From Mobula birostris (Eukaryota): a DNA stretch of 64,000 bases. The notes beneath the pieces were generated by a model, which worked only from the letters and a program-made list of their open reading frames with translations, was not told the origin of the DNA and ran no database searches. Positions 1-36,200 of this stretch are shown in pieces. How positions within the stretch are numbered: the stretch's first letter is position 1; every line of letters starts with the position of its first letter. The stretch is taken from the NCBI RefSeq assembly GCF_030028105.1, contig NC_092390.1, positions 49,210,777-49,274,776 on the forward strand, written 5' to 3'. The position numbers and the translations under genes are program-made.

Positions 1-359
1 GTGGCAACAAGTTCTGCAGATTCACCATCCTCTAGCTAAATAAATTTCTCCTCATCTCTGTTCTAAAGTATATCCCTCTGTTCTGAGGTTGCACTCTCCA
101 GTCTTAGACTATAGGAAACGTCCTTTTCACAATCACTCCATCTAGGCCTTTCAACATTCGACAGTCAAATAATTTGCTGGTAATTTACTTAGATCTTGCA
201 AATTGTTTACAGAATAATACTTGCTACCTGTTAACAGTGCAAATGGGATCTCTTTTGAGAACGTGGGAATTCAATATTGAATTTAGTATGTGTCGTTTAG
301 CTTTGTTGGATGATCAAATAATGTTCCTAGAAGTTGTGTTGGGCTTTATTGGAGAAGGG

Positions 360-720
360 CAGAGTGGAAGAGGGTGGAGGATTCAAAGGACGGGAAGTGA
401 AAGCTCAGGATCACCCTTGTGGACTGATTGGAGGTGATCTACAACATGGGCACCCAACCTGCATCTGGTTTCTCCAAATGTCATGGTGACCACGGGGGAG
501 TGCACTGAATTGGAATAGGCAGCTGCTTCACCTCGAATTTGGTTTTGGATCCCTGGATGATGGGAAGTAAAGAGGCACCAGGGCACTTGTTGCATCACTA
601 CATGGAAGGTGGTGTGAGAGGAGACACAAGGGTGAATGGTGAGAGCAGCTGCGTTGGAATGTTGGGTGGGAGGGTAAGATATTTCTGGTATATTACATGG
701 TTCATGATTCACTCAAGGTG
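360..720 (-). mobile_element. decayed Penelope-like element fragment (GIY-YIG region)
   Basis: Translation FGETRCRLGAHVVDHLQSVHKGDPEL resembles PLE endonuclease YIGETxRxLxxRxxEHxxSV. Confidence 0.55.
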
Positions 721-2139
721 GAGCCTAAGATAGAAGGTCGAAGATAGGGAGAAGAAGCATGTGAGAGTGGAAATGCTAGTATTGCTCCAGAAATAGCTGA
801 GATACTTGTCATACGCAGCAGAGTAGGAGCCACACTAGGGCTAAACTTTGCAATGCTTATTCCGTCACAAGTACATTCATCCCACTGGACAAGTGAGACA
901 TAGAGTATATGCAGTATTCTCAATCCCATCAGGGTCCTATAATTGGTGCAAGATGTCTCCAGCTAAACGCTTGGCAATTTGCCTTCCTAATTGATTTTCT
1001 ACCTGCACATTTGCTTTTATTGGTTTGAACACGAGGACACACCAATAATTCAAAATCATCCCCTTTCAGTCTCTCACTTTTGAGAAAATACTGTGCCTTA
1101 GTATTTTTCTGTATGGAAATTGAGATGAGAGAAGGTGTAGTCAAGAATAGCAAAAGCCTGAGGTTTTGCTTGAACTTTCTGTTGTTAGTCTGTTCCCTTG
1201 TATGAAGATAGTAAGAAATGGGCAAAGTCAGAAATTGACATAAAAAGGAGAGTAGGCTGGAAATTGGCAATAAAAGTGATGAAAGTTCTTCCAAGTTCAC
1301 ATGGGAACAGAAAACAACACCAATACAGTCTTCGGTGTATTGGGATAAAGAGGTGAGGGAGGGAGACTGGAAAATGGAGATGGTGTTACAGGGAAATAAA
1401 TCAGGGAATGGAACTGATGGTATAGCTGTAAAAGCCAACACTGACTCCACAGGCTGAATGCTTTCTTTCTAGGTTAAAAGAAAATATAAAACAAAAAATA
1501 AAAGTGGATTGGTCTCACAATGTGACTGTTTAGCTGTATATTGAGGAGAAGTTAAAGGTGAGAATAAATTCAGCCAGGTTTAGGAAGGTTGGTGGAAGGG
1601 GTGGGTCTTTGCCTCTGTTCAAGAAAGAAGCAAAGGATGCTCTGATCATTCTGCTGCTGCCTAACACAGAGTGTTTCTATCATTTTCATTTATTTCCAGA
1701 AATGCAGTGTTTGGTGCTTCACCATTATAGCATTGATTTTTCTCTGTCCTTACTTCCTTTTTCTTCTTCTGTATCTCCACTGGAAAGTGACTTCTGATTA
1801 ATAAGCTTTCACTCTCTCCCCTCCACCAGCACCAACACTTCCAGTGTCATTCAGTTTTGTTGGTCTCCAACCTACTGCAGACATCAACTCCTTTGATTTT
1901 TCCTTCTCTCCCGCTCGTACCTTTTCTGTGAAGCAAATCATTTCAATTTGTAACTTTTCTTAGGTTTGAAACATTAATTCTCCTTTTCTTTCCATTGATG
2001 CTGCCTGACCTGCTGAGTGTTTGCAACATTTTGTTTACATTTTACGTTTCCTCTATTTGCTATTTTTTTGCTTCTGTCACTATTAATGGAATTTAGATTT
2101 GACATAATTTTCTGTTAAATGTAATACATATCCCATGTT

Positions 2140-3365
2140 CATAGTCATAGTCATACTTTATTGATCCAGGGGGAAATTGGTTTTCGTTACAGTTGCACCA
2201 TAAATAGTTAAATAGTAATATGTATGTTATGCCAGGAAATAAGTCCAGGACCAGCCTATTGGCTCAGGGTGTCTGACCCTCCAAGGGAGGAGTTGTAAAG
2301 TTTGATGGCCACAGGCAGGAATGACTTCCTATGACGCTCTGTGTTGCATCTCGGTGGAATGAGTCTCTGGCTGAATGTACTCCTGTGCCCACCCAGTACA
2401 CTATGTAGTGGATGGGAGACATTGTCCAAGATGGCATGCAACTTGGACAGCATCCTCTTTTCAGATACCACCGTCAGAAAGTCCAGTTCCATCCCCACAA
2501 CATCACTGACCTTGCGAATGAGTTTGTTGATTCTGTTGGTGTCTGCTGCCCTCAGCCTGCTGCCCCAGTACACAACAGTAAACATGATCGCACTGGCCAC
2601 CACAGACTCGTAGAACATCCTCAGCATTGTCCGGCAGATGTTGATGTTAAAGGACCTCAGTCTCCTCAGGAAATAGAGATGGCTCTGACACATCTTGTAG
2701 ACAGCCTCAGTGTTCTTTGACCAGTCCAGTTTATTGTCAATTCGTATCCCCAGGTATTTGTAATCCTCCACCATGTCCACACTGACCCCCTGGATGGAAA
2801 CAGGGGTCACCGGTACCTTAGCTCTCCTCAGGTCTACCACCAGCTCCTTAGTCTTTTTCACATTAAGCTGCAGATAATTCTGCTCACGCCATGTGACAAA
2901 GTTTCCTTCCGTAGCCCTGTACTCAGCCTCATCTCCCTTGCTGATGCATCCAACTATGGCAGAGTCATCCGAAAACTTCTGAAGATGACAAGACTCTGTG
3001 CAGTAGTTGAAGTCTGAGGTGTAAATGGTGAAGAGAAGGGGAGACAAGACAGTCCCCTGTGGAGCCCCAGTGCTGCTGATCACTCTGTCGGACACACAGT
3101 GTTGCAAGCACACGTACTGTGGTCTGCCAGTCAGGTAATCAAGAATCCATGACACCAGGGAAGCATCCACCTGCATCGCTGTCAGCTTCTCCCCCAGCAC
3201 AGCAGGGCGGATGGTGTTGAATGCACTGGAGAAGTCAAAAAACATGACCCTCACAGTGCTCGCTGGCTTGTCCAGGTGGGTGTAGACACGGTTCAGCAGG
3301 TAGATGATGGCATCCTCAACTCCTAGTCGGGGCTGGTAAGCGAACTGGAGGGGATCTAAGTGTGT
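2140..3365 (-). mobile_element. 5'-truncated Rex1/Babar-type non-LTR retrotransposon (RT ORF 2256-3254)
   Basis: FFDFSSAFNTI, GAPQGTVLSPLLF, KFSDDSA, YKYLG motifs; 3' tandem (CTATGA)n tail at 2140-2156. Confidence 0.9.
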
Positions 3366-4361
3366 AGATACATAATGTACACACAGAACTCAATTATTTA
3401 CTTGCCTCTGCTGTATTTTTCAAAAAAGTATCGAACTGTTGCAACTCTCCATTCAAAAACAAACTATTTACTAAATTCCTATTGACACTTTTATCATGAA
3501 AACATTTATATGATTAGATCCATCTTAATGACTAGAATTAGATATTTCAGTGTTTAACCATTCAGCGTGCAGGGTGCGGATAGGTCTCTACCAAAGGAGG
3601 TAGAGACCTATCCCTCTCCTTCCCTCTACTAGCCTGCAGGTCACCCTTGGGCAAGATGTAGCACCTGCTTAGCACTTTCTTTCCCAAAATGATTTTAAAT
3701 ATCTGGGAGAATTCAGAGGTTCATTATCAGTCACAACCAGTGCTGGAGAAATGCCAATAATCCTGTGGAACCCTGTTCTCATGACCCGGATCTGGGCCGT
3801 ACCCTCCAAATATCCGGACCTGCCTCTCGGTTTTTTTGCACTACCTTACTTTCCATTTTTCTATTTTCTATTCATGAATTATAATTTAATTTTTTAGTAT
3901 TTACTAATTTTTACTATTTTTAATGTTTAATATTTGTAATCCAGGGAGTGGGAAGCGCAGAATCAAATATCGCTGTGATGATTGTACGTTCTAGTGTCAA
4001 TTGTTTGGCGACAATAAAGTTTAAAGTATTAAGTATAAGTAAAGAGAGTCAGGAAGGAATGTGAAGAACTAACTACAGAAATAAAACAGGTTACGTAGTC
4101 TGTGGAGGGGGAATCAGTTGGCATGTTAGATTGTGATAAAAGATCATTGGCATGAAGTGCTAATTCTGTTTCTCACTCCACAGCTATTGCCTGACCTGCT
4201 GTATACTGTTTTTATTTCAGAATTTTTATCATCTGCTGGTTTAAAAAAAAATTTAGGTGATTTGAGAGGACGAGATATGAGAGTGAGCAAGTTTTTCTTT
4301 TCAACTAGACGTTCCCTATTCTGCATGTGTTTCGGACTCCTAGAATTTCCTTTCCTTTTTA

Positions 4362-4982
4362 CGAGGGGTTATTGATAGGTTTGTGGCCTAAGGTTGAAGG
4401 AGTCAATTTTAGAAAACCTAGCACATTTATTTTTCCTACATTTACACGCTTAGTCCAGCGGTCATGGAGCATACGGATCCCTTCTTTGTAGAAGTCGGTG
4501 TCTTGGACCTCCAGAAGTGGTCCACAGCAGGGATGATTGATAAGTTCATGGCTTAAGGTAGAAGGATATGAGTTATTAACTTCAAACTTTCTGCATTTTC
4601 ACTCAAGGAGTTGAACTGCACGTGCATGTAATGAGAGCTGTATAACATCTCCTTCTACCGTAGACCACGAATTTCTTAATCACCCCTGCTGTGGACCACC
4701 TGGAGGTTCAAGACGCTCTCGTTAGATGCACGTGCAATTCAACTCTTTGAGTGATAATGCAGAAAGTTTGAAGTTAATAACTCATCTCCTTCTACCTTTG
4801 GCTACGAACTTATCAATCACCCCTGCTGTGGACCACCTCTACAAGGAAGGAATCCGTATGCTCAACGACCGCTGGACTAAGTGTGTACACGTAGGAGGGG
4901 ACTATGTTGAAAAATAAATGTGCTAGGTTTTCTAAAATTGACTCCTTCTACCTTCGGCTACGGACTTATCAATCACCCCTCG
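4362..4982. mobile_element. mariner-derived fold-back MITE
   Basis: TA|cgagggg...cccctcg|TA; long TIRs; mariner transposase C-terminus YKEGIRMLNDRWTKCVHVGGDYVEK*. Confidence 0.88.
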
Positions 4983-5665
4983 TAAAAGAAATTGAAATTA
5001 TGTTTACAAAAGTCAATCTAAGTAAAGGAAGCTTCATTATTTTATACCTTGTGATATAAATTGCATTCTTCAGCTTAACAAAGGGCATGCATGGAATACA
5101 GATCTGTGAATTTTTGACCTATCTTACTCTTATCAGAATCCATTTTGCATATCGATCGCTCCACAGCTTTTCAGTAACCTTTGAAAGTTTATTTTTAAAC
5201 TTTTAAGGTAACTTAAAAATCTATTGTGGTGTCGGGAGGTGGAGGGAGAAGAGAAAGAAGAATTGAGAACAGAATAACCCCAAAAATAGCAGAATAACAT
5301 GGTAAAAGTAACAAATATTAATATAGCTAAAATGGCCAACAATAAAACCTAAAGATTGTATTGATAAATGAAAAGGATATTGTTAAGGAGACCCATAGGA
5401 GATTTATTTGGGTTTGAGTTTTGCAAGAATTTGAATTGGAACAGCAAGTTAGCTCATGGTATAATAAGGCTGTTGATTGTACATCTAACATCACTGTCAA
5501 AATCACAGAAACCCAGGACTATCGCAGAACATGCTGAATTACAGTCTTCATTACAGCACTATGATTTTAATCACTGATCTGTTTTTAAAATAAAATGATG
5601 GAGCTAATTGAATTAGGAGAGCTTTCTACAGATACCTTTTATTTCCAAGCTAACCATCACGTATA

Positions 5666-5810
5666 GCTGGCCGGTGGTGTTGTGACATCTGCATGGGACT
5701 TAAAAGCAAGTGTTCCCAGGTTCGAATCCGGCCGGCCCCTTGCACACTTTCCATCCGTGCTGGGTTGAGCACTGAGCTGGCAACTCGGCTTTGTAAACAA
5801 AAAACAAACA
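5666..5810 (+). mobile_element. tRNA-derived SINE (same family as 16438)
   Basis: B-box ggttcgaatcc; shared body cacactttccatccgtgctgggttgagc. Confidence 0.75.
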
Positions 5811-6043
5811 GCAAGGTACGCCACAAGGCGCGGAAAGGATGACCAACCATCATGAATAGGTATTTACAGATTGACAATGAGTCTATCCAAATTGACATAA
5901 TTCAAAATCTTTATTGCTTAGTATTTTGTCAGTTCTGAAACTATTTAATATCTAAGTCTAGGCTTGGTTGTCCAAGCATGCTATGCTGAAGCATTGCATT
6001 CAAAGCCTGTGGTGGTCACAATTGCTTCCTTTATCTTTTGCAG

Positions 6044-29828
<23,785 letters not shown>

Positions 29829-29989
29829 TTGACTACCTTTCATAACTTCAGGACTGGACACAAGATAATCTTATGGTATAAAGCTGTATACAACCTCTGC
29901 AATCCTATTTAGAGATTACTCAATTGTTTTAATACATTAGTTTTCAAATTTTACATGTAAAAGTTTTTAATATTGTTTAAAAATCAAAT

Positions 29990-30006
29990 TTTATTTGTTA
30001 ATTAAA
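29990..30006. terminator. back-to-back polyadenylation signals: AATAAA (-, 29990-29995; BCCIP) and ATTAAA (+, 30001-30006; DHX32)
   Basis: Sequence tttatttgttaattaaa lies in the 243-nt gap between the two stop codons. Confidence 0.6.
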
Positions 30007-30071
30007 GTCATAGGACAAAAAGCTAAATACTCATCGTTGGAAATCTGTCCATTGTGAAAATGCAATATTGA

Positions 30072-30242
30072 TTATACAGATAAATATTCTTTGAATTTGT
30101 CCATAACTGCATTTAAGCAGTTAGCAGGAATTAGCATTACTATACGTAGAGGTTTCATAGGAACATCATCAAGTGCCCAACGTCCAGAGAGACAGCTGTC
30201 ACTCTCCTCTTCCACACTGTAGCTAAATTTCATAATGGATTG
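30072..30242 (-). CDS. BCCIP: BCCIP exon 7 (last)
   Basis: 171 nt, QSIMKFSYSV...KEYLSV*. Confidence 0.93.
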   Translation of the reverse strand, partial: QSIMKFSYSVEEESDSCLSGRWALDDVPMKPLRIVMLIPANCLNAVMDKFKEYLSV

Positions 30243-33200
30243 CTGGAACAAAAAGCAAATAATTAGAAGTGGAAATCACAAACTGATGCACCAAAACAAA
30301 TTCATGGTTTCAACTGTAATGGGTGCACATTCATTTCAAATTGAAACTTGGGCATACCACTGCTGTCATTACTGACCAAGCTTGAATACAAGTGGTCTCA
30401 ACTACCAATGAACAAGTGGAAAAAAGGAAAAACATACCTCATAAAAGAACTCGTCTTCTGCATTTGCAAACAATAAATCTTCTTTCTGCTTGCCCCTTTG
30501 ATGTGACTTTTTCTTTCCTGCTTCCACACAGGCCTTGCTGATCACAAGGTAATAATGGCACTTGCCACAAGGTTTGTTAGTCCTCTGTGCATCCAACAAT
30601 TCCACTCTAAATGTTTAAAAACAAGTAATAATCAAAAATCAAGGAACATATTTCCATTAAGAGTGCATTACTTACAAATGAGGTCATTCTTTTCATAAAT
30701 TGCTAAACAAAAGTAGGTCACTCAAGATCTGTTAAGCTTCACTACCAGTAGGGAACAACTTTTGGACTCAAGTAAGAGTGTAGCAGAGGAGTTTTTCCCC
30801 TCGTACGAATGTCTGCATTGAAAATATTCATTACCCTACTGTTTTAATGCAAGGAAACACTGAACACTGTGATATAAAGCACCACTTCCTTTCTACCAAA
30901 TAAGCTCAACATTAGTTGTAAACGTTGGAAACACTCAGCATGTCAAACAGCAGCTCTGGAAAGGGCGGGAACTAGATCATTCCATTAAAAGTAGCATCAT
31001 GTGAGAATACCTGCTCCACTACTATTCACTTTCATGTGCATGATGATAAACCTGATTTTGATGTGTCTCTATTGTGAACAGAGTGGGAAGGAGGCAGGGA
31101 GAACAGAATCTTGGTCAGGAAATGGGGAAGGGAGAGAGAAGCACCAGAGACATTTTAAATTATCAACAAACCAATTGTGTGGAATCAAATGACCTTGCCT
31201 AGTGTCTCAGAGCTGGCTGTGGCAGTAGCTGTGCCATCAACCCCGCCCAGGCACTCCTTCACTGCCACCCGTCGCATACCCTACCCAATATTTTTTCTCC
31301 CACCAGATTTACAAACACTGTCCACTTGACATTGACAAAGACTTATTTACCTAGCGTGCCTATGTACACAGGACCTTTGCACAGTACTATACCTCAACAA
31401 ATACCATGTCCAAATGCTTCAGATGCTAAATCCAAAGAGTAGATTTAAAGATCTAATGGGCATCTCCCTCATCTTGCATTTTTGTTTATGGAATACATGA
31501 ACTAGCAAGTACAATTAACACAGTATGCTGTGAACAGCAGAATGCTTTAAAAACGAATCAGTACTTTGTTTCTTTTCATGATAGAGAACTCATTTAACAA
31601 GTGTTTTTAATCACTATACCAGTTTATACAGCCAAATTAGAAACAATTTTTCCTTCACCAATTGTTCACTAACAAGTCTTTTATTACAATATAATTGCTC
31701 AGTACGTGGTCCTTACTGGAGCTGTTTGTGCAGGGGTAGTGCAATCTGAGGAGGCACATTAACGAAGCGCTCACTGATGAGAAAGCTGACAGCCTTGCTG
31801 TTGTCATTTAGTATTTTTTCCAGCTGCTCAGATGCAGTCGGATAATGGGTCTTGCACTGGCTCAGAACCAAATCTTTTATCTGTTCTATAGATTCAGTTC
31901 CCTAAATCAGAGAGAAAAACATCAGATAACAAAATTGATCATTAAAATGAAAAACACATAGAAAATGTAGCAAAATGGTGCACAATTTTGAGAAATGCAA
32001 AATTATTCATGTTGTCATTGAAAATGTTACAGAAGCTAGAGCTACTAGGTGGCATCAAATGTTTATCATGGAATTAATACCAACTCATTTTTACAGCTAT
32101 GGGGAACCACAGACATTTGTTGCAATTTTCTATTCGTGTTATGACCTCAAATACAGCTAATAGGCCATATTCTCAGTTCTCTAGATCTGGGAGACCAGCA
32201 TTTCAGTCCTAGGTAACTGCAGGGATGAACAGCGAGGCCTGCAAATGGCCAGGACCTTGAACAACATAATCAGGCGATAGCACGTCCTGACCATGAAACA
32301 CTTCTGGAAACCTTTACCTGGAAAACCTAAAGGCCTGGACCAGGATCTGCTATCTGTCAAGGATTTTCATTGTTGCTGAATAACTTCAACACTTCACAAG
32401 ATCATAAGACAAAGGAGCAGAAGTGGGCCATTCCGCCCATTGAGTTTGTTCCGCCACTCCACCATGAGCCAAACTATTCTCCCATCTAGTTCCAATTTCC
32501 AGCTTTTTCCCCCCATATCCCTTGGTTAATGAATAATCAAAATAAGTCTTGCTTTATTTAAAATTAACTTTATAGAGAATTTATGATTCAATATTAAGCA
32601 TTTAACCAAAATTTGTGAACATGCTGAACTTGGCCAAATGCATTTTATTAGTATCTCCTTGCAATATCTAAAGGTTTCTTTAATGTCATCACGAACAAGT
32701 GTACTGTCAATTAACTAGGCCAGTATGGGCAGCTTTAAAATAGACCACATTAACCAACCCCCAGCCCCCTTCTGCAAAAAAAAATGTACTAAAGCTAGAA
32801 AAACAACAATAGAAAATGCTTGGGGGGGGGGGGAAGAATTGGTAAATTAAGCAGCATCTGTAGCAAGAGAGACTGTAGCATCAAATACATTGGAGTACAG
32901 TTAATTGGGCCATCAGTTAATCAAGGCAGGTGCTTATTTAGGACAATTATTAAAGAACAAAATCTGATTGAGACAATAGCCGGGATTCCCATCATTGTTT
33001 TGGGACACTCTGCCACTTAATTGGGGATAGGAGTCAGCTGTCAAACAGTTCCTAACTACCATCAGTTGTGTGACCATTAGACACTACATAGCGCTTAGAG
33101 CAGTTTTTAAATAGCGCCAGTTGCTTGTGCTTATGTTATCCATTTGGGCCAATGGATGCTGAATCAAAGACTAGTACCAGCAGTACAGTTTGTCACTGAT

Positions 33201-36200
33201 AGTTGGCATGAAACAAGCAGTGATTCCTGTGGTAAGCAGAAAGTGGGGGGGAGGGGGGAAGAGAGATCTGTTTGGTGGTGAGATCCAGTTACAGGAGGCG
33301 AAAGTTTCGGAGAATTTTGTGCTGGATGCGGAGGGTGGTAGGTGAGGACAAGAGGAGCCCTATCCCTGGTAGGGTGGCGGGAGGATGGGGTAAGAGCAGA
33401 TGCGCATGAAACGTAAGAGATGTAGTTGAGGGCAGCATGGATGGTGGAGGAAGGGAAGCCCCTTTCTTTGAAAAAGGGCATCTCCTTTGTTCTAGAATGA
33501 AAATCCTCATTCTGAGAGCAGATGTGGCAGAGGTGCAGAAATTGAGAGAAGGGGATGGCGTTTTTACAAGTAAAAGGGTGAGACGAGGTACAGTCCAGGC
33601 AGCTATGAGAATCCGTGGGTTTATAATAGACATCAGTGGATAAGCTGTCTCCGGAAATAGAGACAGCGAGATCCAGAAAGGGAGGGAGGTGTTCGAAATG
33701 GACCAGGTAAATTTCAGGGCAGAGTGGAAGCTGGAGGCAAAGTGGATGAAGTCGATGAGTTCAGTATGGGTGCAGGAAGCAGCGCTAATGCATTCATTGA
33801 TGTCGCATAGGAAAAGTGCGGGACTGTCACCAGTGTAGGCATGGAACATAGACTGTTCCACGTAACTGACAAACAGGCAGGCACAGCTAGGAAACATGGG
33901 AGTGCCCATGGCTACCCCTTTTTGCTCCAGTCTTGTCACAGGGTTTTGGCTCAAAACATTCACTGTCCTCTTTTCCATAGATCTGCCTGGCTTGCTGAGT
34001 TCCTCCAGCAGTTTGTGCATGTTGCACAGTTTTATAGTATTGTGATAGTATTTGTCGTGTTCTAATTTGTTCTGCATTTCATTTAAATACTTTTTTTTAA
34101 GCAATTTGTCCCTTTTTTATATCATTTTAACTACGTCCATGAAACTTCAACTAACTGTGGTAGCTGCTCAATTGTGCTAAAATGTACTGGTCCTTATGTG
34201 TCCCAATTAACCAGAATCAACTATATTTCTGTTTCCACAAATATAGCCTAACATGCCAAGTAATACTAACATTTTCTATAATTTTACATTTCCAACATCT
34301 TCAGACTTTATTTTCACCCATTTGCTGCTCTCAGATCTCAACTCCCAGCTAGTTCATGTTGTCACATTGTTATAGCACCATGCAGCATTCATTATAATAC
34401 AATTTCCTTTGAAGCATACAAATATTGATCCAAAAATATTCTGTATTACCAAAATTATTTGACGCTCAACTGGCTTTCAAAAACCCATGTTCACTACCCC
34501 AGTGGTCCCCAACCACCGGGCCGCAAAGCATGTGCTACCAGGCCGCGAGGAAACAATATGATTTGGCGATATGAGTCAGCTGCACCTTTCCTCATTCCCT
34601 GTCACCCACTGTTGAACTTGAACATAGGATTGCCAATTGTCCCGTATTAGCCAGGACATCCCGTATATTGGGCTAAATTGGTTTGCCCCATACGGGACCA
34701 CCCTTATCTTGTATTTCCCCCGCTAAGGTAGAGCGTTCCTATGAAGCCATTCGTAAGCCAAAATGGCGTAAAGCGAAGAAGCAATTACTATTAATTTATA
34801 ATGGGAAACATTCTTGAGTGTTCCCAGACCCAAAAAATAACCTACCAGATCATACCAATTAACACATAAAACCTAAAATAACACTAGCATATAGTAAAAG
34901 CAGGAATGATATAAATACACAGCCTGTATAAAATAGAAATAATGTATGTACCGTGTAGTTTCACTTAACAGAATCGGGAAGATTAAGCCAAAACCAATTT
35001 CTAGAAAAAAAATCGGCACATACACGCATGCGCACACAGGTGCCCGCGCAAGGCTTCATGGTCATGGTAGTCTTTCTCAGGGTAAACACAAGTGTCCCGT
35101 ATTTGACTGCTACTTTTGTCCCTTATTTGGGATTGAGAAAGTTTGCAACCCTACTTGAACACCACCCATCACCCCCTCCCCACCCCGTCGGCCGGCCCGC
35201 AAGAATATTGTCAATATTAAACCAGTCCGCGGTGCAAAAAAGGTTGGGGGCCCCTGCACTACCCTGACTAGTCTATCAGTAGTTTCATTGCAAGTAATAT
35301 ACATAACAAATGTATTCATAAAAACCCAAACAGCTGTTGGCTTAGAATTGGTTATTAAAAAATGTTTTTAAAAAAATTACCACCCAACACACATAAAAGT
35401 TGCTGGTGAACACAGCAGGCCAGGCAGCATCTCTGGGAAGAGGTACAGTCGTCCTGACGAAGGGTCTCAGCCCGAAACATCGACTGTACCTCTTCCTAGA
35501 GATGCTGTCTGGCCTGCTGTGTTCATCAGCAACTTTTACGTGTGTTGCTTGAAATTCCAGCATCTGCAGATTTCCTGGTGTTTGCGCGAATAAGTACCAC
35601 CCTCCGTTTCTGATCATTCCTGTTCATAATATTCAGAAAATTGAGCATTTTTTGCATTCTTAGTAGTACTTCCCAAAACAATCACCCTAGTTAACATGGA
35701 AAATTTTGCGAAGAACTTAACAGAAACCCAGTATTCCATGAACTTAAAACCTGATATTCCCTCAAATGCAAAATGATTAAAGTTCCTCAGCAGGACATTG
35801 AATGCAGAACAACTAAGCAGTTAATGCAGAGTTCCAATTACTCCAATTGCATGAAATTAAACATGATTTTTACATCCAAATGAAATGTGACCATTCCCAG
35901 AGACAATACAACATTCTGGTCTGAGCAATTAATACATAGGTCTGCATACCTTCCTTTCAGTCAGATTTAAAACAGTGATAAATCCAAAAACACCATCTTC
36001 ATCATCTTCTTCACTACTTTCATCCGAGATTTCAGCTTGCTTAAAACAAAAATTCATGTTTCAAAAACCAAAATCAAGGCTTTTAACTACGAAATAGGTT
36101 GAATTGCAGTGTACCATTTACAGGTTAATAATTAGCAAATATGTCGGTAATCAAGGAGTTAAGATTTTACAACAGTTTTATAATCTGAGCTGCAACTACA

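Noticed and set aside
1-6043. DHX32 first coding exon (Walker A)
   Set aside because: No matching peptide seen; the region is repeat-filled intron, so the exon is probably upstream of the window.
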